DNA of 64,000 nucleotides from Elusimicrobiota bacterium. Its GTDB lineage: Bacteria > RUG730 > JBDRED01. Location: contig JBDRED010000005.1 in the NCBI GenBank assembly GCA_043820025.1, forward strand, positions 20,442 through 84,441, given 5' to 3'. Positions 29,897 to 38,318 of the stretch are shown here, piece by piece. The notes under the pieces are model-generated. The model searched no databases. It was not told the origin of the DNA and saw only the letters and a program-made list of their open reading frames with translations. Each line of letters begins with the position of its first letter. The stretch's first letter is position 1. The translations under genes and the position numbers were made by a program.

Positions 29897-30532
29897 ATGA
29901 TACAAAAGATTCTGGAAAACGCAATTTCGGGTGAATTTGACTATAATTTATTGCTATATTGCCTATCTGAATATAAAAATCCCAGGAAAGAGATCACAAA
30001 GTTATTGAAAAGGAAAGATATAATTAGAGTAAAAAAGGGTTTATATGTTTTTGGGGAAAAAGTGAAAAATGCGCCTCCATATTCACTGGAGGTATTGGCG
30101 AATCTAATATATGGGCCGTCGTATATATCATGCGAATATGCGTTAAGCTATTATGGCTTGATTCCTGAAAGAGTAAAGATTGTTTCGAGTATAACGAATA
30201 AAAGAAATAAATATTTTAGTACGCCGATAGGGGATTTCTCTTATAAATATTTGGCTTCTCAAAAATATAGAGTCGGGATCACCCAAATACAAATAGATAA
30301 GGTTAGAAATATTTTGATAGCGACAAAAGAGAAAGCGTTAATTGATTTTATTCATAATGAAAAAATATCGGATGTCGCTGAGATGAAAAGTTTTCTTTGC
30401 GAAAATTTGAGAATTGACGAAGAAATGTTATTAGATTTAGACGTAACTCAAATTCGTTCCATTAATGAAGTATTTAAATCAAATACAATTAAATTATTAG
30501 TTGATTATTTGACTATTATTAGAGGAAAATAA
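29897..30532 (+). CDS. AbiEi-family antitoxin / transcriptional regulator (type IV TA, abortive infection)
   Basis: 211 aa. KGLYVF...ANLIYGPSYISCEYALSYYGLIPE matches the AbiEi pattern. Lies immediately upstream of an AbiEii gene (2-nt gap). Confidence 0.8.
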   Translation: MIQKILENAISGEFDYNLLLYCLSEYKNPRKEITKLLKRKDIIRVKKGLYVFGEKVKNAPPYSLEVLANLIYGPSYISCEYALSYYGLIPERVKIVSSITNKRNKYFSTPIGDFSYKYLASQKYRVGITQIQIDKVRNILIATKEKALIDFIHNEKISDVAEMKSFLCENLRIDEEMLLDLDVTQIRSINEVFKSNTIKLLVDYLTIIRGK

Positions 30533-30534
30533 TA

Positions 30535-31377
30535 ATGATATTAGCGGTTGAGAAGATGCTTAGTAAATATAAATTGGATTCAGTGGCTTCGTATGAAAAT
30601 GCTCTGAAAGAAATAATACAAGAGATTGCTTTGCTTGGGCTTTGGAGAGCTAAGTTTTTTGAGCATGCTGCTTTTTATGGAGGAACAGCTTTGCGAATTT
30701 TCTATGGGATGGATCGATTTTCAGAAGATTTAGATTTTTCGTTATTAAAACCAAACAAAAGCTTTAATTTATTTATCTATAATAAAGCTGTTCAAGAGGA
30801 ATTATCGAGTATGGGGTTTAATGTTCAAGTAAATGAAAAAAAGAGAAACAATGAGAGTAATATTCAGGCAGCATTTATTAAGGCTGACACAAAGATGTAT
30901 GATTTTGAAGTCAACTTGGATCCAAGAAAAAAGTTGAAAATTAAGTTTGAAATTGATATAAATCCGCCTCAAAAATTTGAAACGGAAACAAAATATTTGC
31001 TTAATCCTACGGAATTTTATGTAAAGGTTTACTCAAAACCCGATCTGTTTGCCGGGAAATTACATGCTGTTTTGTGCCGCAGGTGGGGGAAGAGAGTAAA
31101 AGGCAGAGACTGGTTTGATTTTATTTGGTTTGTCAAAAATAAAGTGCCTGTTAATTTGCGGCACTTGGAGGCGAGGTTAAAACAAACAGAGCATTTAGAA
31201 AAAAATGCGGTTTTCAATGCGGATGTTTTAAGAGAAATGCTCTTAAAAAGGATAGAAGAATTAGATATTGAATTGGCTAAGAAGGATGTTTTGTTATTCC
31301 TTTCAGATACTGAAAGATTGCAAACATGGTCTAAAGAATTCTTTTCTCATATAGTATCTCAACTGATGGTTTTGTAA
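30535..31377 (+). CDS. AbiEii/AbiGii-family nucleotidyltransferase toxin
   Basis: FYGGTALRIFYGMDRFSEDLDFS is the NTase motif of DUF1814/AbiEii. 280 aa. Confidence 0.85.
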   Translation: MILAVEKMLSKYKLDSVASYENALKEIIQEIALLGLWRAKFFEHAAFYGGTALRIFYGMDRFSEDLDFSLLKPNKSFNLFIYNKAVQEELSSMGFNVQVNEKKRNNESNIQAAFIKADTKMYDFEVNLDPRKKLKIKFEIDINPPQKFETETKYLLNPTEFYVKVYSKPDLFAGKLHAVLCRRWGKRVKGRDWFDFIWFVKNKVPVNLRHLEARLKQTEHLEKNAVFNADVLREMLLKRIEELDIELAKKDVLLFLSDTERLQTWSKEFFSHIVSQLMVL

Positions 31378-31401
31378 TTTGTAACATCGTAAAAAGGCGT
31401 T

Positions 31402-31441
31402 TATTAATGGAAAATAATCCAAGAAGTATAAAATATTATGT
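31402..31441 (+). repeat. 40-bp direct repeat, right copy (true 5' end of methyltransferase gene)
   Basis: Identical to 29715-29754. The copies are 1,687 bp apart and bracket the AbiE cassette. Confidence 0.92.
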
Positions 31442-32240
31442 AAAGAGATATCTATTAAAGCATCAAGATGTTTTTAAAGATAAGAAGGTTATAGATATTC
31501 CCTGTGGCAATGGAGTAACAACAGGAATATTAAAAGAAATCGGAGCTGATCCTGTCCCTATTGATTTATTCCCTGAATATTTCAAAATTCAAGGGATGGC
31601 CTGTATAAAAGCCGATATGACAGAAGAGCTCCCGATAGAAAATGCTTCTATAGATTATATAATAAGCCAGGAAGGGCTTGAGCATATTTCTGACCAGGCA
31701 AAGGTATTTAAAGAATTTAACAGAGTATTAAAAAATAAAGGCGAGCTGTTGATTACAACTCCAAATTTCTCTAATTTGCAGTCGAGGTTATATCATTTTT
31801 TATCAGAATCGGAGAAAACGCTGTCTTTTATGCCGCCAAATGAGATTGATTCTATATGGATGACAAATGAGAATGAAAATAGAGATATTTATTTTGGGCA
31901 TATTTTTCTTATCGGAGTGCAAAAGCTTCGTTTGTTGGCAAAGCTTGCAGGGTTTAAAATAAAGAGCGTAGAAAAAACAAAATTGAAAACAACATCGCTC
32001 TTATTGTTTATTATATTGTATCCATTAATATTATTAATTAATTTTATAACATATCGCAGAAACCTGAAAAAATATAAATCTTTAGATCCTAAAAAAACCT
32101 TTCATGAAATATTTAAACTATCCGTAAATCCCGGAATTCTTCTGGGATCGCATCTATTTATAATCTTCCAAAAAGAAAAAAGTGTTTCAGAAGCGGAATC
32201 CAGTCTAAAAAAAATACATAAAACCTTCGCAACAACCTAA
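31407..32240 (+). CDS. Class I SAM-dependent methyltransferase with C-terminal transmembrane segment
   Basis: Motif I VIDIPCGNGVTTG and post-I/II acidic residues (PIDLF, ADMTE). A Methyltransf_11-like core is followed by the hydrophobic stretch TTSLLLFIILYPLILLINFI. Confidence 0.8.
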   Translation: MENNPRSIKYYVKRYLLKHQDVFKDKKVIDIPCGNGVTTGILKEIGADPVPIDLFPEYFKIQGMACIKADMTEELPIENASIDYIISQEGLEHISDQAKVFKEFNRVLKNKGELLITTPNFSNLQSRLYHFLSESEKTLSFMPPNEIDSIWMTNENENRDIYFGHIFLIGVQKLRLLAKLAGFKIKSVEKTKLKTTSLLLFIILYPLILLINFITYRRNLKKYKSLDPKKTFHEIFKLSVNPGILLGSHLFIIFQKEKSVSEAESSLKKIHKTFATT

Positions 32241-32243
32241 ATA

Positions 32244-32304
32244 GGGGTCAGGTCTCTACATTCCACATTTGTGGATAAAATGTGGAATGTAGAGACCTGA
32301 CCCC
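32244..32304. repeat. 61-bp palindrome, family B (GGGGTCAGGTCTCTACATTCCACATTT arm)
   Basis: The left arm 32244-32270 is the exact reverse complement of the right arm 32278-32304, with a 7-nt loop gtggata. Starts 4 nt after the methyltransferase stop. Confidence 0.92.
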
Positions 32305-32389
32305 AAATGCAAATACCTGGAACAAAAGTAATCCTTATCTGTCTAATACTTAAAGATTGTATTTTCAGTTGAAATAGACAAGGGGATTT

Positions 32390-35056
32390 ATGAAAAAAAT
32401 TTTATCAATTATATCTGTGATTCTTGTTATGTGTGTTTATGTTCAGGCTGCAGTGCCAAATGAAATAACATATCAAGGCAGATTAAGGGAATATGGCAAA
32501 CCTGTAACAGGCGCGCGAAACATGGAGGTTGCGGTATTCGGGACAGAAACAGGGGGGAGCGCGTTGTGGACAGGCACATATACGGGAGTGCAGGTAAGCA
32601 GCGGAGTATTTACAGTATCGTTAAGCCCGGAGGGAACCGTTGATTGGCGAAAAAGTGATCTCTGGATAGAAACAAAGATAGGAAGCCAGGCTTTGAGCCC
32701 AAGGAATAAAATAACAGCGCAAGGCTATGCATTGCACGCGCGAACAGCAGAGGATATGGCAAAGAGCGCAGGCGAAACAATAAACTTTTTAATAGGAACA
32801 AGCACAAATACGAGAATAACAAGCGCAGGGTTAGAGGTAACAGGAAAGATAACCGTAGATAACGTAGAGGTTGATAATATAACAATAGGAACAACAGGGT
32901 CGAGCGGAGTATTAAGGATATATGGCGATATAGAAAGCACAGGCACAATAAAGGGAGTAAGATTCAAAGGCGATGGCAGTAAATTAACAGGCGTATATGC
33001 AAGCAGTATAACAGCAGAAGGAATAGTGAGCGGAACAATAAATGATTTGAGATTGTCGAGTAATGTAACAAAATTTGGAAATAGTATAGAAAGCGGCGAA
33101 ATAACAAACGGGACAATAGTAAATGAAGATATAAATAATAGCGCGGCAATAGCATGGAGTAAGATAGATAAAACAGGCGCAGTGGCGAGCGATATCGGCG
33201 CATTAAGCGCAAGCTTGATAGCTGCGGATGATTTTACGCAACTAGAGGTAGATAATTTAAGGTCAGGCAAGCTTGATGACGGAACAATGCCCTGGACAAA
33301 TGCAACAGTAATAACAAGCGGAGAGATATCGAGCACATTACTTGATGCAAATTTACAGGATTTAATAGACGGGACATTATCAGCAAGCAAGGTAGAGAAT
33401 GGAACATACTTCATAGACAGCGTAGGAACGAGCGGCCAGGTATGGAAATCCGACGGATCAGGAAAAGGAATATGGGGAACTGATAATAATACGCAATTAA
33501 GCGAGGGAGATGTAGAAAGCTATATAGCGAATGATATAACGAGCGGATATGTTCCGTATAGTAATGGAACAAAACTAGTAACAAGCGCGATATTTACAAA
33601 TGGAACGAATGTAGGAATAGGAACAAGCTCAGCGTCGAACAGACTGCATTTGTATACTGATACGGTAAATGCAATATTATTAAGAACAGAGAATGGAAAC
33701 GGGTGGACATATACAGGAACAGATACACTGGGGGATAGTATATTAAAAGCCGGGAGCAATAAGGATGTAAAGATAAGTGATGATAGTAATAATGGAATAA
33801 TAGTAAAGGACGGCGGGAATGTGGGAATAGGAACAACAGCGCCTACAGCAAAACTTTCAGTAGAAGGAGACATAAGTTTAACAGGCAATATAGACGGAAT
33901 AGATTTATCGGTAAAAGCAAGCGCATGGGACACGCATGAAAGCAACACGAGCAATCCGCATACAGTAACAGCAAGCCAATTAGGGCTTGGCAACGTAACA
34001 AATACAAATATTTTAAACAGCTGGAGTCAGAATGACGGGCAGTATATCGCAACTGATGAGATAAGAGCGCGCGACAGCGGCGGTATAAGCATACGCGATG
34101 ATGCGGGAAATTTAGGATTAATGATTCAAGACGGAGGCAAGGTGGGAATAGGAACAACATTGCCAAATGGAAAATTAAGTATTGACGGAAGTTTTACAAG
34201 TCAGGCATATAGTGACCATAGCAGATTAATATTTAACAACAGCAAGAATTATGGAATAGGCGCAGGCCAGATAAGCGCGAGCGCAAATGATAAGGATTTA
34301 TATATTTGGAGCGAAAAAGATGCAACAAATAAGGATGCGGATATACGATTTATGAGCACAACGAATGGTAATTATGATCCGAGCAATGAAAGCTATTGGC
34401 AGAATAATATGATAATAAAAGGCGACAGCGGAAATGTTGGAATAGGGAAAATAAATCCTCAAGCATTATTAGATGTTAATGGAAAAATTAAATCTGATGA
34501 GTTGGAAGTATCAACACGTATAAAAGATAAGACAGGATTTCTTATGCCTGTTGGTGCAATTTTAGCGTACTCGTCGACTACTGCGCCGGAGGGGTTCTTA
34601 TATTGTGATGGAACAGCAGTATCTAGGACCGAATATGCGGACCTGTTTTTGCTAGTGCAGGAAATTTATGGAGAGGGAGATGGGTCAACAACATTTAATC
34701 TGCCGGATTTCAGAGGAAGGTTTTTACGTGGAGTGGATGATGGCTCCGGCAGGGATCCGGATGTAAACGATAGGCCTGTTATGAATCTTGGAGGAGAAAC
34801 AAACAACGCAGTAGGTTCTGTGCAGGCAGATGAGTTTAAAGGGCATGCCCATAATGTATATTATAATACTCAAGATGCATCGCCGCCGCCGGATAACTCA
34901 GGAGCAATGACCATTTACGGGTTGTCTAATTCTGTTGTTTACGAAGGAGCGCAGTCAAGAACTAATTATCAAATTGGGAAATTTAATTTAAATTCATCAG
35001 GCGGTAATGAAACCAGGCCTGAAAATGCATACGTTGCTTATATTATAAAGTACTAA
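32390..35056 (+). CDS. Secreted tail-fibre-like protein with C-terminal phage tail-collar domain
   Basis: Signal peptide. Four G(N/K)VGIG(T/K)xxPxxxLxVxG-type repeats. The C-terminus PVGAILAYSSTTAPEGFLYCDGTAVSRTEYADLF...GDGSTTFNLPDFRGRFLRG matches the Collar (phage tail collar) domain. Confidence 0.8.
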   Translation: MKKILSIISVILVMCVYVQAAVPNEITYQGRLREYGKPVTGARNMEVAVFGTETGGSALWTGTYTGVQVSSGVFTVSLSPEGTVDWRKSDLWIETKIGSQALSPRNKITAQGYALHARTAEDMAKSAGETINFLIGTSTNTRITSAGLEVTGKITVDNVEVDNITIGTTGSSGVLRIYGDIESTGTIKGVRFKGDGSKLTGVYASSITAEGIVSGTINDLRLSSNVTKFGNSIESGEITNGTIVNEDINNSAAIAWSKIDKTGAVASDIGALSASLIAADDFTQLEVDNLRSGKLDDGTMPWTNATVITSGEISSTLLDANLQDLIDGTLSASKVENGTYFIDSVGTSGQVWKSDGSGKGIWGTDNNTQLSEGDVESYIANDITSGYVPYSNGTKLVTSAIFTNGTNVGIGTSSASNRLHLYTDTVNAILLRTENGNGWTYTGTDTLGDSILKAGSNKDVKISDDSNNGIIVKDGGNVGIGTTAPTAKLSVEGDISLTGNIDGIDLSVKASAWDTHESNTSNPHTVTASQLGLGNVTNTNILNSWSQNDGQYIATDEIRARDSGGISIRDDAGNLGLMIQDGGKVGIGTTLPNGKLSIDGSFTSQAYSDHSRLIFNNSKNYGIGAGQISASANDKDLYIWSEKDATNKDADIRFMSTTNGNYDPSNESYWQNNMIIKGDSGNVGIGKINPQALLDVNGKIKSDELEVSTRIKDKTGFLMPVGAILAYSSTTAPEGFLYCDGTAVSRTEYADLFLLVQEIYGEGDGSTTFNLPDFRGRFLRGVDDGSGRDPDVNDRPVMNLGGETNNAVGSVQADEFKGHAHNVYYNTQDASPPPDNSGAMTIYGLSNSVVYEGAQSRTNYQIGKFNLNSSGGNETRPENAYVAYIIKY

Positions 35057-35097
35057 ATTGTGAAGGTTAAGTATTTATTAGTGTAGAATTGATGCAG

Positions 35098-35242
35098 TAC
35101 AGGCTCTTGAGACCCTGTAGATAAAAGAGTAACCGGGGTTTAAAGACCCCGGGCTACAACGAGAGAGAATACTCTTTCGAAGATCCTCGGGTCTAGCCCG
35201 AGGATGACAAATACTGCGGAACAAATTTAGGGAATATTTGTC
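35098..35242. other. Cluster of four consecutive stem-loops (possible structured RNA or composite repeat element)
   Basis: - H1: tacagg/cctgta (35098-35119).
- H2: aaagagta/tactcttt (35124-35177), enclosing ccggggt/accccgg.
- H3: atcctcggg/cccgaggat (35183-35205).
- H4: gacaaata/tatttgtc (35206-35242). Confidence 0.45.
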
Positions 35243-35266
35243 TAATATGTATAGCACGGAAAAATC

Positions 35267-35296
35267 TTGCAGTAAGGAGCTATTTTTTGCATAATA
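35267..35296 (+). promoter_or_regulatory. Candidate promoter of the Tad-like operon (TTGCAG-18-ATAATA with TG extended -10)
   Basis: TTGCAG at 35267-35272, TG at 35288-35289 and ATAATA at 35291-35296. This would place the transcription start upstream of ATG 35335 and argues against the track start at 35287. Confidence 0.4.
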
Positions 35297-35334
35297 AAAA
35301 TACTTCGCAATCAAACATATCTTGGAGACATGGG

Positions 35335-36486
35335 ATGAAATCTTATTTTCTTAAACTTTTCGTATCTGCTGCCCTTGTTACAATAATTTCTACAATTTCA
35401 TACGCAGAAATTTCTACAGCTGACAGCGGTAATATTGAAGTCTTTACATCTTTTGGCCCGATGCTTATGGGCCAGACATCCGCGTTTGTTACTGTTGATT
35501 CGCTAATAAGTGATACATATGGCGATGTTCAAAGCGGCGGCGGGGATCAGATCTCGTCATCATTTTTTGAGTTTATTGAATATGCCGTAATGTCCAGCCC
35601 TGCTCTTCTCACATGGAAGGATCCGGATAGTAAATACTTTGTGGTCGTTCTTCCTGATAAGGTTGATTTCCAAACAGTTTACGAGGATTTATATGGCTTA
35701 GATCCGTCTATAGGATTCCCAAAAGCTGTATATTGGAAAACCAACTCGCCTCAATCAGAGGTTGAGCTTGAGAAAAAAGCTGCATTCGCGGACGGTTATA
35801 TATATGAAAAGAAGGTTGCTCTAGACCTCGGTATCTATAATTATAAATATTGCGCGACGAATGATAGTTATCCGGATATGTATGAGCTTTTAACAAGCTC
35901 ATTCGTTGTGACGCGGGCGCCTAATGGGTTCACTAATAAAGGCGTTGCTGATGGTTCCATTGTTTCAAACGCGCGTGTTCCTCTAATGTGGGATCAGGGA
36001 GATCCTGTTGATGCGCCGTTTACATATGAGGTCTGGTTAAAAGAAGGCGATCTTGGCAGCTGGGTAATGATTCATAGCGGTTCTGAAAATAGCTATGAGT
36101 TAACAGCTCTAAACTATGCTACAAAATACTATTGGAAGATTAAGAGCACAAATAAAAATGGCGCTTGGGCGTGGAGCAGTGAATATTCATTTACCACGAT
36201 CAATTCCGTTGACAGGCCGTTTAATTATCCAAACCCATTCAATCCAAATAAACAAAAAACGAGTATTGTTTTTAATAGCGCTTCTGCGCAGGACGTAACA
36301 ATAAAGATTTATTCAGAATATGGCGACCCTGTCTTTAGCGCAACGCACAGCGCCGAGATTGGAGCAAATGAATTTATTTACGACGGAAAGGATGATAGAG
36401 GCGAGACGCTGTATAATGGTTCATATATTTGCAGAATAGAAACTAATGAAGGAGCAAAAGCATGTTATATATTAATAATAAAATAA
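35335..36486 (+). CDS. Secreted protein with Fn3-like domain and FlgD-Ig/T9SS-like C-terminal domain
   Basis: Signal peptide MKSYFLKLFVSAALV. An Fn3-like segment (PLMWDQG...YEVWLKEG...YYWKIKSTNKNG). C-terminus NYPNPFNPNKQKTSIVF...VTIKIYSEYGDPV...YDGKDDRGETLYNGSYICRIE...YILIIK. Confidence 0.65.
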   Translation: MKSYFLKLFVSAALVTIISTISYAEISTADSGNIEVFTSFGPMLMGQTSAFVTVDSLISDTYGDVQSGGGDQISSSFFEFIEYAVMSSPALLTWKDPDSKYFVVVLPDKVDFQTVYEDLYGLDPSIGFPKAVYWKTNSPQSEVELEKKAAFADGYIYEKKVALDLGIYNYKYCATNDSYPDMYELLTSSFVVTRAPNGFTNKGVADGSIVSNARVPLMWDQGDPVDAPFTYEVWLKEGDLGSWVMIHSGSENSYELTALNYATKYYWKIKSTNKNGAWAWSSEYSFTTINSVDRPFNYPNPFNPNKQKTSIVFNSASAQDVTIKIYSEYGDPVFSATHSAEIGANEFIYDGKDDRGETLYNGSYICRIETNEGAKACYILIIK

Positions 36487-38318
36487 TTTATAAAATATTT
36501 TCCGGAATTTTGTTTGTAATATTAATCTCTCAAACAATATTTGCGTCTGATGGTTACAGAAGGCATTTCTTGTCCTATGGGCCAAGCGCTTCTGCTTCAG
36601 CTTTAGGAGAGTCATATACTGCGCTGGGCCACGATGGAACTGTATCATATTATAACCCTGCGCTCCTTACAACTCTAAGCGGCTATCAAACATCAGTATC
36701 TAACTGGTTTTTATATGATACAGCGAGGTATAGCTTTGCAGGCTTTTCATCATCAAACGAAAAGCAGGCGTTTTCAATAAGCGGCATACAGTTTTTGAGA
36801 GACAATATCGAGGTAAGAACAAATATTTACGACGAACCGACAAACACTAAGAATAGCCAGTTGGCAATTTTCGGAGCTTACGCGCGTTATATTGAAAAAT
36901 ATAAACTGCATACAGGATTGTCTCTTAAATATCTAAATTATGAAATGTATACTTATACAAGCACCGGTTTTAGTTTGGATTTAGGATTTGCAAAAGACAT
37001 ATACTTTCGAAAGAATGAGATAGGAAAGGAGTTTAGGATTGCGTCAGGTTTAAGGATTCAAAATATTATTCAGAAACCTATTAAAATGATAGAGGAAGAA
37101 GAGAAGATGCCGTTTGGCGTTATATTAGGACTCGGATTAAGCACGACTCTGTTTAATAGATATAGCGAGGCAAAAGACAGAATAGTGTCTGACAGAATTA
37201 CATTTGTAATTGACCTGGGAATGGTTGACAGTGTTTTCGAATATTCCGGAGGATTAGAGTATTCTTATAAAGGTTTCGCTCATCTTAGAGGAGGGTGGAA
37301 GGAAGGATTAACCGGAGGCGTTGGATTTACATTTGGCGATTTAAATATTAATTATGCGCTTCTTGTAAAGGAGTTTACAAGCTTTAATAAGGTTGATGTG
37401 GCGTATAGGTTCGGGCCAAAAGGCGCGGAATCAATCAAACCAAAAAATGTGGAGATAAAACAGAATCGTGATTTAGGGCTGATGAAAGAAGCGCAGAGAA
37501 TCCTCTCAGAGTCTCAAGCTGAAGAGGCTGATAGAGAAAAGAAGTTTAATATTCTTTTTAAGGAAGCGAAAGGATACCATAACGCAAAAAAATATCTTAA
37601 GGCTACAGATAAATTTAGGGAGATAATGTTATATTACCCTGAACAAACCAAGGTGCAGTCATATTATGACGAGATTAAGAAAACAATGAAAGCGCAGGCT
37701 GAAAATGAAATGACTACGGATTTTGAAAAGCTTGCTTACTCAAAGGCTTATATGAATTATATTAATCAGAATATCGGAAATGCTGTAAATGAATGGAACA
37801 AAGTTTTACAGTTTAATGAAAATCAAAAAGAAGTAAAGGAATACAAAGAATGGGGCGAAAAATACTTAGCTGATACAGCTCAGCTCGAAAGGGAAAAGGA
37901 GCTCGAAGCAAAAGTTAAAGCAGAGTATGGTAGTGGAACAGCGCAATATGATGAAAAGAAATGGATTTCTTCAATAAAAACAATGGAAGGAGTTCAATCA
38001 ATGTGCAAGAAGAATCCTTTCCCAAGAGCTCTTGAGTGGAATGATAAGGCGCAGGAATATATTAATAAGGCGCTTGAAAAACTTGCTAAGAGCCGGGTCG
38101 TTAGGAATGAGCAAAAAGATGTGGTTAAAGAAGCTCAGCCAAAGATTGATAAAGAAGGAGCTGATAAAAAATACAGGGAAGGGCTTGTATCATACGCGCA
38201 TGGTAAGACGAGCAGCGCAATACAATTATGGGAGATAGCAGTGCGCCTTGATCCGGGCCATGATAAGGCATGGAAAGCGATTGATAGAGCAAAAGAAGAA
38301 TTAGGAGCGGCAAAATGA
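36462..38318 (+). CDS. Outer-membrane FadL/PorV-like barrel fused to C-terminal TPR region (TadD-like?)
   Basis: After the signal peptide comes GPSASASALGESYTALGHDGTVSYYNPALL, the same signature as the ORF at 26623. The beta-rich region runs to about aa 320, then helical TPR-like repeats (e.g. REGLVSYAHGKTSSAIQLWEIAVRLDPGHDKAW). AAGGAG RBS. Overlaps the upstream gene by 25 nt. Confidence 0.6.
   Translation: MLYINNKIIYKIFSGILFVILISQTIFASDGYRRHFLSYGPSASASALGESYTALGHDGTVSYYNPALLTTLSGYQTSVSNWFLYDTARYSFAGFSSSNEKQAFSISGIQFLRDNIEVRTNIYDEPTNTKNSQLAIFGAYARYIEKYKLHTGLSLKYLNYEMYTYTSTGFSLDLGFAKDIYFRKNEIGKEFRIASGLRIQNIIQKPIKMIEEEEKMPFGVILGLGLSTTLFNRYSEAKDRIVSDRITFVIDLGMVDSVFEYSGGLEYSYKGFAHLRGGWKEGLTGGVGFTFGDLNINYALLVKEFTSFNKVDVAYRFGPKGAESIKPKNVEIKQNRDLGLMKEAQRILSESQAEEADREKKFNILFKEAKGYHNAKKYLKATDKFREIMLYYPEQTKVQSYYDEIKKTMKAQAENEMTTDFEKLAYSKAYMNYINQNIGNAVNEWNKVLQFNENQKEVKEYKEWGEKYLADTAQLEREKELEAKVKAEYGSGTAQYDEKKWISSIKTMEGVQSMCKKNPFPRALEWNDKAQEYINKALEKLAKSRVVRNEQKDVVKEAQPKIDKEGADKKYREGLVSYAHGKTSSAIQLWEIAVRLDPGHDKAWKAIDRAKEELGAAK

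Noticed and set aside
32610-34166. Six antisense ORFs of 80-229 aa on the minus strand (e.g. 32725-33414, 33520-33993), inside the tail-collar gene.
   Set aside because: - They coincide exactly with the roughly 70% purine part of the + strand gene.
- The pyrimidine-rich complement almost cannot form stop codons.
- Their translations are low-complexity Leu/Ser/Pro/Phe strings without motifs.
- They stop appearing where the composition normalises.
32390-35056. Diversity-generating retroelement target (A-rich gene with a receptor-binding C-terminus).
   Set aside because: The window has no reverse transcriptase gene and no template-repeat copy of the 3' region. The A-richness is in the shaft, not in a C-terminal variable region.
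32390-35056. Prophage or phage remnant, suggested by the tail-collar protein.
   Set aside because: No capsid, terminase, portal, baseplate, integrase or lysis genes are nearby. The protein has a Sec-type signal peptide, which fits a cellular surface protein better.
35078-35314. 78-aa minus-strand ORF in the gap after the tail-collar gene.
   Set aside because: It spans the four-hairpin cluster. The sequence is better explained as structured or repeat DNA, and no RBS or motif is present.
26623-38318. Calling the locus a type IX secretion system, because of the CTD-like sorting domains and PorV-like barrels.
   Set aside because: None of the T9SS core components (PorK/L/M/N, SprA/Sov, PorU/Z) is recognisable in the window. 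Only the cargo-like and barrel-like parts are present.
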